From positions 33,626-97,625 of the forward strand of contig JAXJVN010000005.1 of NCBI GenBank assembly GCA_036308545.1: a stretch of 64,000 bases of DNA, given 5' to 3'. The notes beneath the pieces are model-generated. The model was not told the origin of the DNA. It worked only from the letters and a program-made list of their open reading frames with translations, and searched no databases. Positions 31,191-40,707 of the stretch are shown piece after piece. Source of the DNA: Eubacterium sp. Its GTDB lineage: Bacteria; Bacillota; Clostridia; Lachnospirales; Lachnospiraceae. The stretch's first letter is position 1. Each line of letters opens with the position of its first letter. Made by a program: the position numbers and the translations under genes.

Positions 31191-33308
31191 ATGAAATGCA
31201 GAATTCTTTATGATGCACACGGACGGCTCCGTGTGCATCTTTTACAAAAAGAGATGAGCTGTGCCCAGGCGGACATTCTGGAAGCCTACCTGAAGGGGCA
31301 GACCGGCGTCGTTTCTGTAAAGGTCTACCCCAGAAACGCAGATGCCGCAATTCAGTATCATGGCAGCCGTTCCGCCCTGGTCCATGCCCTGGCAGTTTTT
31401 TCTTATAAGAAAAATAAAGACCTGGCTCCGGAACACAGCAGCCGCGCACTCAGTATGGAATATGAGAACAAGCTGGCGGATGTAATTATGGGCAGAGTGG
31501 TAAGCAGGTTCTTCCTGCCCTTCCCCATTCGCTATGCGATTGCCATCTGGAATACCGGCAGATACATCTTCAGAGCTATCCGTTCTCTTGGACACAAACG
31601 CCTGGAAGTACCGGTCCTGGATGCTACTGCGATTACCGTATCTATGCTGCGGGGCGATGTAGAGACTGCCACTTCTGTCATGTTCCTTCTTCATATCGGA
31701 GACATTCTGGAAGAATGGACCCACAAGAAGTCCGTTGCCGATCTGGCAGGAGCTATGAGTCTCGGAGTCGACCGGGTCTGGGGCAGATCAGAGGACGGAC
31801 CGGACGTGCAGATGTCTGTTCATGATGTACAAACCGGTGCTCAGATTATAATCGGAACGGGCGGAATGATACCGCTGGACGGTCTGGTCATCGAAGGAGA
31901 AGCAAGCGTCAACCAGTCCGCCATGACCGGAGAATCCCAGCCTGTCCTGAAAAAGAACGGGAGCTATGTCTACGCCGGCACTGTGCTGGAGGAAGGCCGG
32001 CTGGTTGTCCGGGTTGAAAAAGAAGCCGGAAGCGGACGCTATGATTCGATTGTTCATATGATTGAAGATTCCGAGAAGCTGAAATCTTCTACCGAAGACA
32101 AAGCCTCTCATCTTGCAGACCGGCTGGTTCCCTACAGTCTTGGCGGGACTCTGCTGACCTGGCTTCTGACTCAGAACGCCGCGAAAGCGCTCTCCATCCT
32201 CATGGTCGACTTTTCCTGCGCCCTTAAGCTTTCCATGCCGCTGGCTGTCCTGTCTGCCATGCGTGAGGCAAACGCATACAATATCAGCATAAAAGGTGGA
32301 AAATTCATGGAAGCTGTTTCAAATGCGGATACCATCGTATTTGACAAGACCGGTACGCTTACCCATGCCCAGCCAAAAGTCGCAATGGTCATTCCTTTCG
32401 GGGATACCGATGAACAGGAAGCGCTCCGTCTGGCTGCCTGCCTGGAAGAACACTATCCTCATTCCATGGCGAAAGCGGTCGTAGCCGAAGCCAAAAAACG
32501 CGGACTTAATCACGAAGAGCGGCATACGGAAGTCCAGTATATTGTAGCCCATGGAATTGCAAGCACCGTCAGCGGACAGAAAGTCGTTATCGGCAGCTAT
32601 CACTTTGTCTTCCAGGATGAAGGCTGCACCATACCGGAGTACGAAATGGAGAAATTCCATAGTCTTCCGGGAGAGTATTCTCACCTTTTCCTTGCAGTAG
32701 CGGGAAAACTGACCGCCGTTATCTGTGTGGAAGATCCGCTGCGAACGGAAGCTCCCGATGTGATCCGGGCTCTTAGAAAAGCCGGTTTCCGCAAACTTGT
32801 TATGATGACCGGAGATAATGCGAAGACAGCAGAAGCTGTTGCAAAAAAAGTCGGCGTCGATGAAGTATATTCCGAAGTTCTTCCGGAAGACAAGGCCGAA
32901 TTTATCCGACGAGAACATGCTGCCGGCCGGACCGTGATGATGGTTGGAGACGGCGTAAACGATTCTCCTGCTCTATCTGCAGCAGACGTAGGCATCTCCA
33001 TAAGCGACGGGGCAGCCATTGCACGTGAAATAGCCGATATCTCCCTCACGTCAGACAGCCTCTACTCTATTGTGACGCTGAGGAAACTCAGTGACGCGCT
33101 GATGGCCCGTATCCATTTTAATTACCGAACCATCATAAGCTTCAACTCCATGCTGATCCTTCTAGGCGTTGCCGGTATAATCGCCCCGCAGACTTCTGCA
33201 CTGCTGCATAACCTGTCGACTATAGCGATCAGCCTTAAGAGTACAACAAAACTGCTGGAGGAAGGCAGAGAAACCGAAGCCTGTCGAACGGAATCTTTGC
33301 CTGCTTAA
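31191..33308 (+). CDS. P1B-type heavy-metal ATPase with an S-C-A transmembrane motif
   Basis: DKTGTLT, MMTGDN and GDGVNDSPAL are present. FSCALKLSMP lies 43 aa before DKTGT, where CPC normally sits. The N-terminal domain is HMA-like but has no CxxC. Confidence 0.9.
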   Translation: MKCRILYDAHGRLRVHLLQKEMSCAQADILEAYLKGQTGVVSVKVYPRNADAAIQYHGSRSALVHALAVFSYKKNKDLAPEHSSRALSMEYENKLADVIMGRVVSRFFLPFPIRYAIAIWNTGRYIFRAIRSLGHKRLEVPVLDATAITVSMLRGDVETATSVMFLLHIGDILEEWTHKKSVADLAGAMSLGVDRVWGRSEDGPDVQMSVHDVQTGAQIIIGTGGMIPLDGLVIEGEASVNQSAMTGESQPVLKKNGSYVYAGTVLEEGRLVVRVEKEAGSGRYDSIVHMIEDSEKLKSSTEDKASHLADRLVPYSLGGTLLTWLLTQNAAKALSILMVDFSCALKLSMPLAVLSAMREANAYNISIKGGKFMEAVSNADTIVFDKTGTLTHAQPKVAMVIPFGDTDEQEALRLAACLEEHYPHSMAKAVVAEAKKRGLNHEERHTEVQYIVAHGIASTVSGQKVVIGSYHFVFQDEGCTIPEYEMEKFHSLPGEYSHLFLAVAGKLTAVICVEDPLRTEAPDVIRALRKAGFRKLVMMTGDNAKTAEAVAKKVGVDEVYSEVLPEDKAEFIRREHAAGRTVMMVGDGVNDSPALSAADVGISISDGAAIAREIADISLTSDSLYSIVTLRKLSDALMARIHFNYRTIISFNSMLILLGVAGIIAPQTSALLHNLSTIAISLKSTTKLLEEGRETEACRTESLPA

Positions 33309-33767
33309 TTGCAGCTATCTGAAGTTTAAGGAATCTTCCATCAGGTATCCGGCATGCATTCTTTTACATTTTAATCTCAGTTCTGCCTGTCCAGGCACAA
33401 CGGAACATCCTTTTTCTTCAGGGATTTCCGTCATGAAGGGCAGGCAGATTTTTTTGTTCTTCTCCATTCCGCACTTTTGTACAGAGCAGGCATTTGTTTT
33501 CAAAGATGTTTTTACCTGGGTTCCGGAAATTCATTCTCTTCCTTACAAAATATGGCTGTTTCACAGCTGTCTTTCCGTTCTTGCCGTCTTCTGAGGAAAT
33601 CGGATCATGGTCTGTACAAAAGTGCGCAATATGACCCTTCACTTTTCTTCATGGCGTCGATTTACAAGCCTTCTGCCAGCCATTATCATATAGATAGTGA
33701 ATATATTTTCTATCCATTGTGCGATAAATGGAAGGAAATTCGAATTCAAAAGAGGAGGTAATTTACG

Positions 33768-34832
33768 ATGCTTACAGCAAAGGAAAACTTTATCCAGTGT
33801 GTGGAAGGCGGAACGCCTGACCGTGCCGTCAATAACTACGAAGCAATCAAGCTTCTGATGAATCCCTTCGCAATGTTCCATAATCCAAGACCTAAGTTCC
33901 CAGGTGACACACCGCAAAAGAACGCCTGGGGCGTCCTCTATGAGTATCCGGAAGGCGTACCGGCAAGCTTCCCGGTCCACAAACCCGACACCATTGTCAT
34001 TCAGGACATTGAGCACTGGCAGGATTACGTGCACGCTCCGTCTCTCGACTTCCCGGATGAAGAATGGGACAAAGTAAAAGAGATGTATGACGCCGTAGAT
34101 ACCACCAAGGCATTCAAGGCTACGTTTATCGCACCCGGACTGTTTGAGCAGTGCCATCATTTAGGAGAAATTGCCAATACCTGCATGAATCTGGCAGAGT
34201 ATCCGGACGAGATGGAAGACCTGATCAAGTACATTACCGAGTGGGAGCTGAAGCTTGCAGAACTGATCTGTGAAAAGCTCCATCCCGAAATGCTCTTCCA
34301 TCATGACGACTGGGGCAGCCAGAAATCCACCTTCATGAGCGTCGGAATGTTCGAAGAATTCTTTGTAGAGCCCTACAAGCAGATTTACGGATATTATCAC
34401 GATCACGGCGTAAAATATGTCGTTCATCATTCCGATTCTTATGCGGCAACCCTCGTTCCGGACATGATCGAGATGGGAATCAATGTATGGCAGGGATGCT
34501 TCACCACCAACCATATCGATGAGCTGATTGCCAAATACGGCGACAAGATTTCCTTCATGGGCGGCATTGAGAACATGCTGGTAGACCACGAAGGATGGAC
34601 CGACGAAGAGATTGACGGCGTTGTAGATCGTACCATCGGGAAATACGGAATCAAACACTTCATTCCGTGTATCGCACAGGGCGGTCCGGGGTCTACATGG
34701 CCGGGCGTATATGAAAGCCTGATCCGTTCCGTCGACGAATACAACTGCAAGCACTACGGCTTTACCATGGACGAGCTCGAAAATGCCCGTATTCCGGGAG
34801 CTGCAGGCGTTATGTTCGGATCCAAGAAGTAA
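33768..34832 (+). CDS. uroporphyrinogen decarboxylase (URO-D) family methyltransferase-like protein
   Basis: URO-D/MtaA-like blocks HHDDWGSQ, VVHHSDSY and INVWQG, with a strong AGAGGAGG Shine-Dalgarno. Confidence 0.8.
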   Translation: MLTAKENFIQCVEGGTPDRAVNNYEAIKLLMNPFAMFHNPRPKFPGDTPQKNAWGVLYEYPEGVPASFPVHKPDTIVIQDIEHWQDYVHAPSLDFPDEEWDKVKEMYDAVDTTKAFKATFIAPGLFEQCHHLGEIANTCMNLAEYPDEMEDLIKYITEWELKLAELICEKLHPEMLFHHDDWGSQKSTFMSVGMFEEFFVEPYKQIYGYYHDHGVKYVVHHSDSYAATLVPDMIEMGINVWQGCFTTNHIDELIAKYGDKISFMGGIENMLVDHEGWTDEEIDGVVDRTIGKYGIKHFIPCIAQGGPGSTWPGVYESLIRSVDEYNCKHYGFTMDELENARIPGAAGVMFGSKK

Positions 34833-34885
34833 TGAGATTAACAGCAAGAGGATGCCCGCCGGATTTCCGGCGGGCATCCTCTTGT

Positions 34886-36511
34886 TCATTTATTTTTATC
34901 CATTTCCTTGCTTTCTTCGCCCTTTTCCAGGTCTTCAACGCTGCGCATCATGTAATAAGAAATCAAAAGTTTCAGTTTTGTCTTGGAATCGTCCAGATCC
35001 ATGTTGATAATTTTCTGGATTCTTGTCAGACGATAAGTAAGCGTACTCCTGTGTATAAATAATTCTTTTGACGTGCGAAGAACGTTTTCTTGGAGATTCA
35101 GATAAACCTCCAGAGTATGATAAAGTTCAGAATGATTTTCCTCGTCAAATTTTTTCAGCTTTCTTAAGGCTTCCGCGCAAAGCAGACGGGCGGGAATCTC
35201 CTTTGACGTACAGTCTATCATGTAATCCAGCATGTAATCGTCAAAATAAAAATACCAGAGCATACTCTGACCTGCAAGTCCGAACTCCAGTGCATTTTTT
35301 GCCTGCCTGTAAGCAGATGCAAGGTCTCTGAAGTCCTGCACTTCTGTGCTGACCCCTATTTTCAGAAGACTGTCCCTGATCAGAATGGCAAGCCCCTGTA
35401 CTACGTCTGCAGCAGTCGTGTGGGTATAGGAAAGATTGACAATAACCGTAATGCCGTCTTCGTAAAAAAAAGCTCTGGACTGCGGTGCGTTATTTTCAAT
35501 CTGGCTCAGCATGGCATCAGCAGAAATCTGGTTGAAGTCTTCGTGTTCCGTCCTCATCCGAAGACAAATATAACGGTCATGAAGCTTCCAGTTAAGCAAA
35601 TTCAAATTTCTGGCAATCTCTCTTTCCTCTACCGATTCCCGCTGGATCATCTGAGCAAAAAACTCTTCCGTACGATCTTCGTTATCGAGTCTGACCAGTC
35701 TCCTTTCTCTGGTATAGAATTCAAGGAGACGGCCCATGTATTCCATGGCGTGGAAGTCGCCCGGGTAAAGTGGATTTTTCACTTCGTCGACCAGAATTCT
35801 TCCGAGATACTGGTTATTATTCCAGAGATTCCGGTAAAGAATCCGATAGCCGGTCTGGTTGGCAGAGAACATCTGAGGAGTATGCGTCTTCAATCCCTCC
35901 AGATATTCATGATCCGTCCGGAAGTCGTTGATCGTCTCCAGATTAACCATAGTCCTGCCTGTTCTTTTGTCCTTGTCCCATTTGGTCATTTCCGGCTGAT
36001 GTTCGGGATCTGACAGGATAAAAAAATGCTGATCATGAATAAACATGGGATTCCGGAAAATCGGTATGCTTGCCTTCAGCATATCGTCAAGAGGATGCGG
36101 TCCGTTCAGGGCCCGCTGCAGTTTAAAATCCCACTCACTGTACTGAAGGAACGTATCCTGGGCAAGTTCCAGCGTATCCATCATGTCGCATCTCTGATGG
36201 ATCACGATCATTGGCATACCGTAATTCTGGACCGGCGGCATGTAATCGCCGAAAACAACAAAAGTAAAAAGCTTTCCTGCTCCTTCTCTCTTAACCATTT
36301 CTTCTGCGGTTATAAAATACACCGTATCCCGTTTCAATATCCTGCCGGGTTTGTACAGGCGAGCGGCAGCTAATTGGGACCTTTCCTTGCCCGGGTAATA
36401 AAAGATCTCAAGCCCCGATCGGATCAGACTGTCCGCGATGATCCGGAGATTCATCAGGAAACCAACCTGAAATTCTGTTTGTTCCGTCTTCTGATTTGTA
36501 TTGGAAATCAT
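34886..36511 (-). CDS. PucR/CdaR-family transcriptional regulator
   Basis: C-terminal PucR HTH sequence LFIHRSTLTYRLTRIQKI. Confidence 0.8.
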   Translation of the reverse strand: MISNTNQKTEQTEFQVGFLMNLRIIADSLIRSGLEIFYYPGKERSQLAAARLYKPGRILKRDTVYFITAEEMVKREGAGKLFTFVVFGDYMPPVQNYGMPMIVIHQRCDMMDTLELAQDTFLQYSEWDFKLQRALNGPHPLDDMLKASIPIFRNPMFIHDQHFFILSDPEHQPEMTKWDKDKRTGRTMVNLETINDFRTDHEYLEGLKTHTPQMFSANQTGYRILYRNLWNNNQYLGRILVDEVKNPLYPGDFHAMEYMGRLLEFYTRERRLVRLDNEDRTEEFFAQMIQRESVEEREIARNLNLLNWKLHDRYICLRMRTEHEDFNQISADAMLSQIENNAPQSRAFFYEDGITVIVNLSYTHTTAADVVQGLAILIRDSLLKIGVSTEVQDFRDLASAYRQAKNALEFGLAGQSMLWYFYFDDYMLDYMIDCTSKEIPARLLCAEALRKLKKFDEENHSELYHTLEVYLNLQENVLRTSKELFIHRSTLTYRLTRIQKIINMDLDDSKTKLKLLISYYMMRSVEDLEKGEESKEMDKNK

Positions 36512-36624
36512 AAAAAAGCTCCTGCCCTGTCATAAGATCCTTCAAAAAACATCTATTCTGCCAGAATAAATATCAATGCTCTTACTTTAAAATAGGGATC
36601 CTCATGATTTGAACATTCTGTATA

Positions 36625-36667
36625 GCAATCTTTCCTGAAACACAAGAAGGAGGATGTCTTAAAGACA
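36625..36667 (-). terminator. terminator of the GPH transporter gene
   Basis: GGAGGATGTC / GACATCCTCC followed by TTCTTGTGTTT on the minus strand. Confidence 0.75.
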
Positions 36668-36719
36668 TCCTCCCATATTATAGCAAATTATTGAATTCCC
36701 GTCTGAGAATTGTCAAAGG

Positions 36720-38126
36720 TCAGGCCTTTCTGGCTGCAATCTCAGCGGAATATTTCTCGACCTTATCCTTGGTAAGACGGAATCCGAAAACAACCAGGCA
36801 TCCGGCAATAATCAGCGCAACCGCCGGTACAAGAATGAAGGCGTTCGTGCAGGCCCTCTTCAGTTCTTCTGTAGCATCTCCTGCCGCAATATCCGGTGAG
36901 AAATGAGCAGCTGCAAGGCAGCCATTGATAATAATTCCTCGCGTAAGGATAGAAACCTTAAGCGGAACATTCTGAAGTCCGGAAATCCATCCTGTAGCAT
37001 TCTTTCCGGTCTTCCACTCGGAATAAATAATGGTATCTGCGTAAAGGGCCGGAGTAGCTGCATAAGCAATTCCGTATCCGAACTGGGCAACAGACATCAG
37101 AATAATGACCGCCGTTACGTTCGTATACATGAAGTTGGCGATGAGCATGAAAACAGCCATCAGGAAGAAGGTACAGAAGGTAGTTGTTCTGGTCGAGAGC
37201 TTCTTTGAGAAGAACTTGGAGCAATAAGAACCAATCACGCAAAGGATGTTGGAAATCAGGATATATCTGGACATAAGACCCGGATTTCCTGCAACATAGG
37301 TGAAGTAATAAACCGCAGCGCCCATGCAGACGAAGTTGAACATCCACTTAGCAACATCGGATAAAAGCAGAGCAATCAGAGGCGGGTTCTGCGCCAGTGC
37401 CTTCAGAAGGTCTCCGCCGCTGGTCCTGGAGGTATCCTTTTTCGCAGTCTGTCCATCTGTCTCCACTTCTTCATATCCTTCGAACATCTTGAAGTGGCAG
37501 AAGTAAAGGGCAAACATAACCCAGGCAAGTACGAAAGCCGTAGCGCCCCACTGGTTAGTCTCGCTCAGGTGTGCCGCAAAGAATGCTGCAATCGGCGGTC
37601 CTACATAAGCGAAAAGAATCTTGGACAGATTGCCCCAGGCAGCTCTTGTAGATGCCAGCTGAGCACGATCCTCAGGCGTCTTTCCTGCAACAGCAATCAT
37701 AGAAACATTTGCAACATAAGGGAAGTTCCAGCATACATGGCTGAGTACTGCCGCAATCAGAACGACTGCTGCGGAAACTGCTACGTTATCGGAAACCTTG
37801 ATAAACTGGAAGGCAAAAATAAAAGGTACCAGCCAGGTGATCAGGATCAGCCAGGAACGATAGCGCCCCCATTTCTTCGGCTTGATGCTGTTCAGGACCG
37901 CTCCGTATATCCAGGAAAGCGCGGCATCAATGCCGGAGAAGACCGTTGCGATTGTCGTAACGACTCCCAGCGGAAATGCTGCAAGGTTGGTCAGGAAGAA
38001 GTTGAAATAGTAGCTTTCAACATTTGTCATCAACGAAAATCCGCAATCGCCGACGCCGTAAAAAATCTTCAGTGCGCCGCTTAATGGTTTCGCCTGGCCG
38101 TTTTTGTTGGCAGTTGCTTCACTCAT
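36720..38126 (-). CDS. MFS/GPH-family (glycoside-pentoside-hexuronide type) cation symporter
   Basis: About 12 TM segments with an N-terminal FYGVGDCGFS motif. Start taken at MSEATANK, preceded by AGAGGAGG. Confidence 0.8.
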   Translation of the reverse strand: MSEATANKNGQAKPLSGALKIFYGVGDCGFSLMTNVESYYFNFFLTNLAAFPLGVVTTIATVFSGIDAALSWIYGAVLNSIKPKKWGRYRSWLILITWLVPFIFAFQFIKVSDNVAVSAAVVLIAAVLSHVCWNFPYVANVSMIAVAGKTPEDRAQLASTRAAWGNLSKILFAYVGPPIAAFFAAHLSETNQWGATAFVLAWVMFALYFCHFKMFEGYEEVETDGQTAKKDTSRTSGGDLLKALAQNPPLIALLLSDVAKWMFNFVCMGAAVYYFTYVAGNPGLMSRYILISNILCVIGSYCSKFFSKKLSTRTTTFCTFFLMAVFMLIANFMYTNVTAVIILMSVAQFGYGIAYAATPALYADTIIYSEWKTGKNATGWISGLQNVPLKVSILTRGIIINGCLAAAHFSPDIAAGDATEELKRACTNAFILVPAVALIIAGCLVVFGFRLTKDKVEKYSAEIAARKA

Positions 38127-38651
38127 TATGAATTCCTCCTCTTTCATAGTATTTATACAAAGGACAATCCGCTGCCTTTGTATATCTCTGATAATTTTCA
38201 GTATATGCTTTCGGCATCTTAGGGTAAATCCGCATTAGTGTGAAGAAGTTCCTTGGTTATTCCGCAATTTTGTATAGTCTTGTCTTTTTCACTCCTCTGC
38301 ACCCTCCGGTTTCTATTTCTTTATGACATCTTTCCGACTTATGTGGAGAATTTGGGTATTCTGACTGTTTTTTCAGGGTTATTTCTGTATTTATCCGTCA
38401 TATTTTTCTTCCGTTTTTCCTTTTTGTTTCCGACAATTTTATATTTTCTTTATTTTTGAATCTTTGCCTCCGCCTGTTCATTTATTACCTCTCCCGTGAT
38501 AAAAGCAGCTTTTCGGTTTCTCCGCATTATTTCGGATGCATTTGCGCCTTTCTTATGCTATGTTAGTAATTGTTATTAACAGAAGTCTGATTCTTACCTT
38601 AGCCGTTTGTTCTTCTTTTTTGAGAATGCGGTTCAAACCGGAGGCAGTGCC

Positions 38652-39689
38652 ATGAAACCCGAACTCCTGATTCCTTTTAAGAAATCCCGCGAGGATGCCA
38701 TAGCAGCTTACCGTCAGTACTATTCCGGCCGTCCTCTTCTGTCCCGGGCTTTTCTGAAAGAATCCCATATAGAAGAAATGCAGGCCGGCTACATCCCCTA
38801 TTATCTTTATTCCGGCTCCGCCCATGTCGCTGTGGATTACGAAGCCCAGGACACAAAGGAACAGGATGGACCCGGTAAGATTAAGAAACAGATTAAAAAT
38901 TTTGAAGTCCTGTCGGAGGCAGATGTTGAGTATTACCGGCTTAAGGTCAACACATCCGGCCAGATTCCGGAAGATTTTATGAAAAACATCGAGCCATTCC
39001 ATTTCGATGGCCTGATCCCTGCTGACCAGGCGCCGGACCGGGACGGTCTGAAGGAACTTCTGGACCTTGACATCGAAGAAAATGATGCCTATATGAAGGA
39101 GCGGATCGTCGAAGCTGTCAAATCACCCCTTCGCGATAAAATCCGCCACGCTTATAAGAAAGAGCTCGATTCCGATATTGATTTTCATAACGAAAAACGG
39201 GAATGTGTACTTTTTCCTATCTATCTTCTCAATACCAGAAGAGGAAGAACGGTCTATCATTTTGCCATGAATGGACAGACCGGCAAGGTATATGGCGACC
39301 TTCCGGCAGATAACCTGCGTTTTATGTTCTATTTCATGATTCCTTTTCTTGGAATTGCCGGTGCGGTATGGGCATTCCTCAAGCTCTTCTGGTTCGCCGT
39401 CGGTAAAGATTCTTCCGGCCAAACCAATATGATCATGCTTTTTATCGGTCTGGTCGTGGGAATGACGATTGCCAACCGGCTCATGCAGCGCCTTTATGCC
39501 AGAATGCGAAAACCCAGGAGCGGTACCGGCGAAAGCGGGCGCTATGAAACGCTTCATGTGCGCGTAAGCAGTCAGAAGGAGCGTCCGGTCAGCCGCCAGC
39601 TTGTAAACGGTACCAACACCTGCATCAAAGAAGATACTTACGGCTCCCAGGATTACAGTCTGAAAAAAATGAAGAATTACAAGGGATAA
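38652..39689 (+). CDS. hypothetical membrane-anchored protein
   Basis: Soluble N-terminal region (IPFKKSREDAIAAYRQYY...) followed by two TM helices near the C-terminus. GGAGG lies 8 nt before the ATG at 38652. Confidence 0.6.
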   Translation: MKPELLIPFKKSREDAIAAYRQYYSGRPLLSRAFLKESHIEEMQAGYIPYYLYSGSAHVAVDYEAQDTKEQDGPGKIKKQIKNFEVLSEADVEYYRLKVNTSGQIPEDFMKNIEPFHFDGLIPADQAPDRDGLKELLDLDIEENDAYMKERIVEAVKSPLRDKIRHAYKKELDSDIDFHNEKRECVLFPIYLLNTRRGRTVYHFAMNGQTGKVYGDLPADNLRFMFYFMIPFLGIAGAVWAFLKLFWFAVGKDSSGQTNMIMLFIGLVVGMTIANRLMQRLYARMRKPRSGTGESGRYETLHVRVSSQKERPVSRQLVNGTNTCIKEDTYGSQDYSLKKMKNYKG

Positions 39690-39741
39690 CGAACGATCTG
39701 CAAAACCGTAACTTTTTTTACCAAATCAGGAGAAATCTGAC

Positions 39742-40530
39742 ATGTACGAAGAATATTATCAACCCATCCCGGACCTGAATGCCTATCTGAAAAGGCTTGG
39801 CATGGAAGAAAAGCCTTTCCCTGATCTGAATTCTCTCAGCAAACTGGTCTATGCGCACCAGACCCATATTCCCTTTGAGGACCTGGACTCCGCTATGTAC
39901 GGGCTGACCCCCTCCCTTGCTATCCCGGATCTCTTCGAGAAAATCATTCTGAACAAAAGGGGCGGTTACTGTTTCGAACTGAACGCGCTCTTCACCCGGC
40001 TGCTGCTGGATCTGGGCTTTGACGCCCGTCAGGTGACCTGCCGCATCCTGCGCGGACGGGACTACCTGCCCATGTGTACGCACGAAGGTATCGTTGTAAA
40101 CCTGAGCGGCAGCCTTTACTTCTGTGACGTCGGCTACGGCGGTCCGGAATCCGCCGGTGCCGTCCTCATAGAAGATGGGGCTGAAACGATACATTATGGT
40201 GAATCCTTCCAAATAAAAAAAGAAAATGAGGACTGGTGGCTGCTCTCCCGTACAGCATCCGACGGACAGCCTGAAAGGGTTCTGCTCTTCAATCTGTTTC
40301 CCCAGCTTCCAATTGATTTCATCTTGACCAATCTCTATTCCTCTGCACCCGGCAACCTGATTTTCTCAAAGACAAGGCTGGTAAACTTAAGAACTCCCGA
40401 TGGTTCGATCAGCGTTACCGACGATGTTTTTGCAGAAACAAAAAACGGTGTAAGATGCGAGACCCTGCTGAAAGATGATTCTGCATTCCGAGAATGCCTG
40501 AAGAGCCGTTTCGGAATTGTGATTCCCTAA
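39742..40530 (+). CDS. arylamine N-acetyltransferase
   Basis: Catalytic-Cys motif RGGYCFELN with NAT-like length and pattern. Confidence 0.85.
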   Translation: MYEEYYQPIPDLNAYLKRLGMEEKPFPDLNSLSKLVYAHQTHIPFEDLDSAMYGLTPSLAIPDLFEKIILNKRGGYCFELNALFTRLLLDLGFDARQVTCRILRGRDYLPMCTHEGIVVNLSGSLYFCDVGYGGPESAGAVLIEDGAETIHYGESFQIKKENEDWWLLSRTASDGQPERVLLFNLFPQLPIDFILTNLYSSAPGNLIFSKTRLVNLRTPDGSISVTDDVFAETKNGVRCETLLKDDSAFRECLKSRFGIVIP

Positions 40531-40611
40531 GTAAAGCTGCATGTCAGCAAAACGCCGGGAATTTCTTTTCTGCGCCAGAAAAGAAAAGTCAATCCTATCA
40601 TAATGGCAAAA

Positions 40612-40645
40612 GGAACCCGGCACTGCCGCCGGGCTCCTTCTTTTT
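40612..40645. terminator. bidirectional terminator between the NAT gene and the convergent URO-D gene
   Basis: GGAACCCGGC / GCCGGGCTCC with one mismatch, flanked by AAAA and TTCTTTTT. Confidence 0.6.
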
Positions 40646-40707
40646 CCTGTTTCCTTATCCTTTTTTCTTCTCAGTTTTTTATGAGAAATTATTCCCTTTT
40701 TACCGGA

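Noticed and set aside
33639-34889. Minus-strand ORFs of 173 and 242 aa overlapping the first URO-D gene
   Set aside because: They are antisense shadows of a gene with a strong SD and clear family motifs. Their own translations show no motifs.
38253-38459. A 68-aa very hydrophobic plus-strand ORF
   Set aside because: It is a product of translating a T-rich spacer (Phe/Leu runs). It has no SD and an atypical composition.
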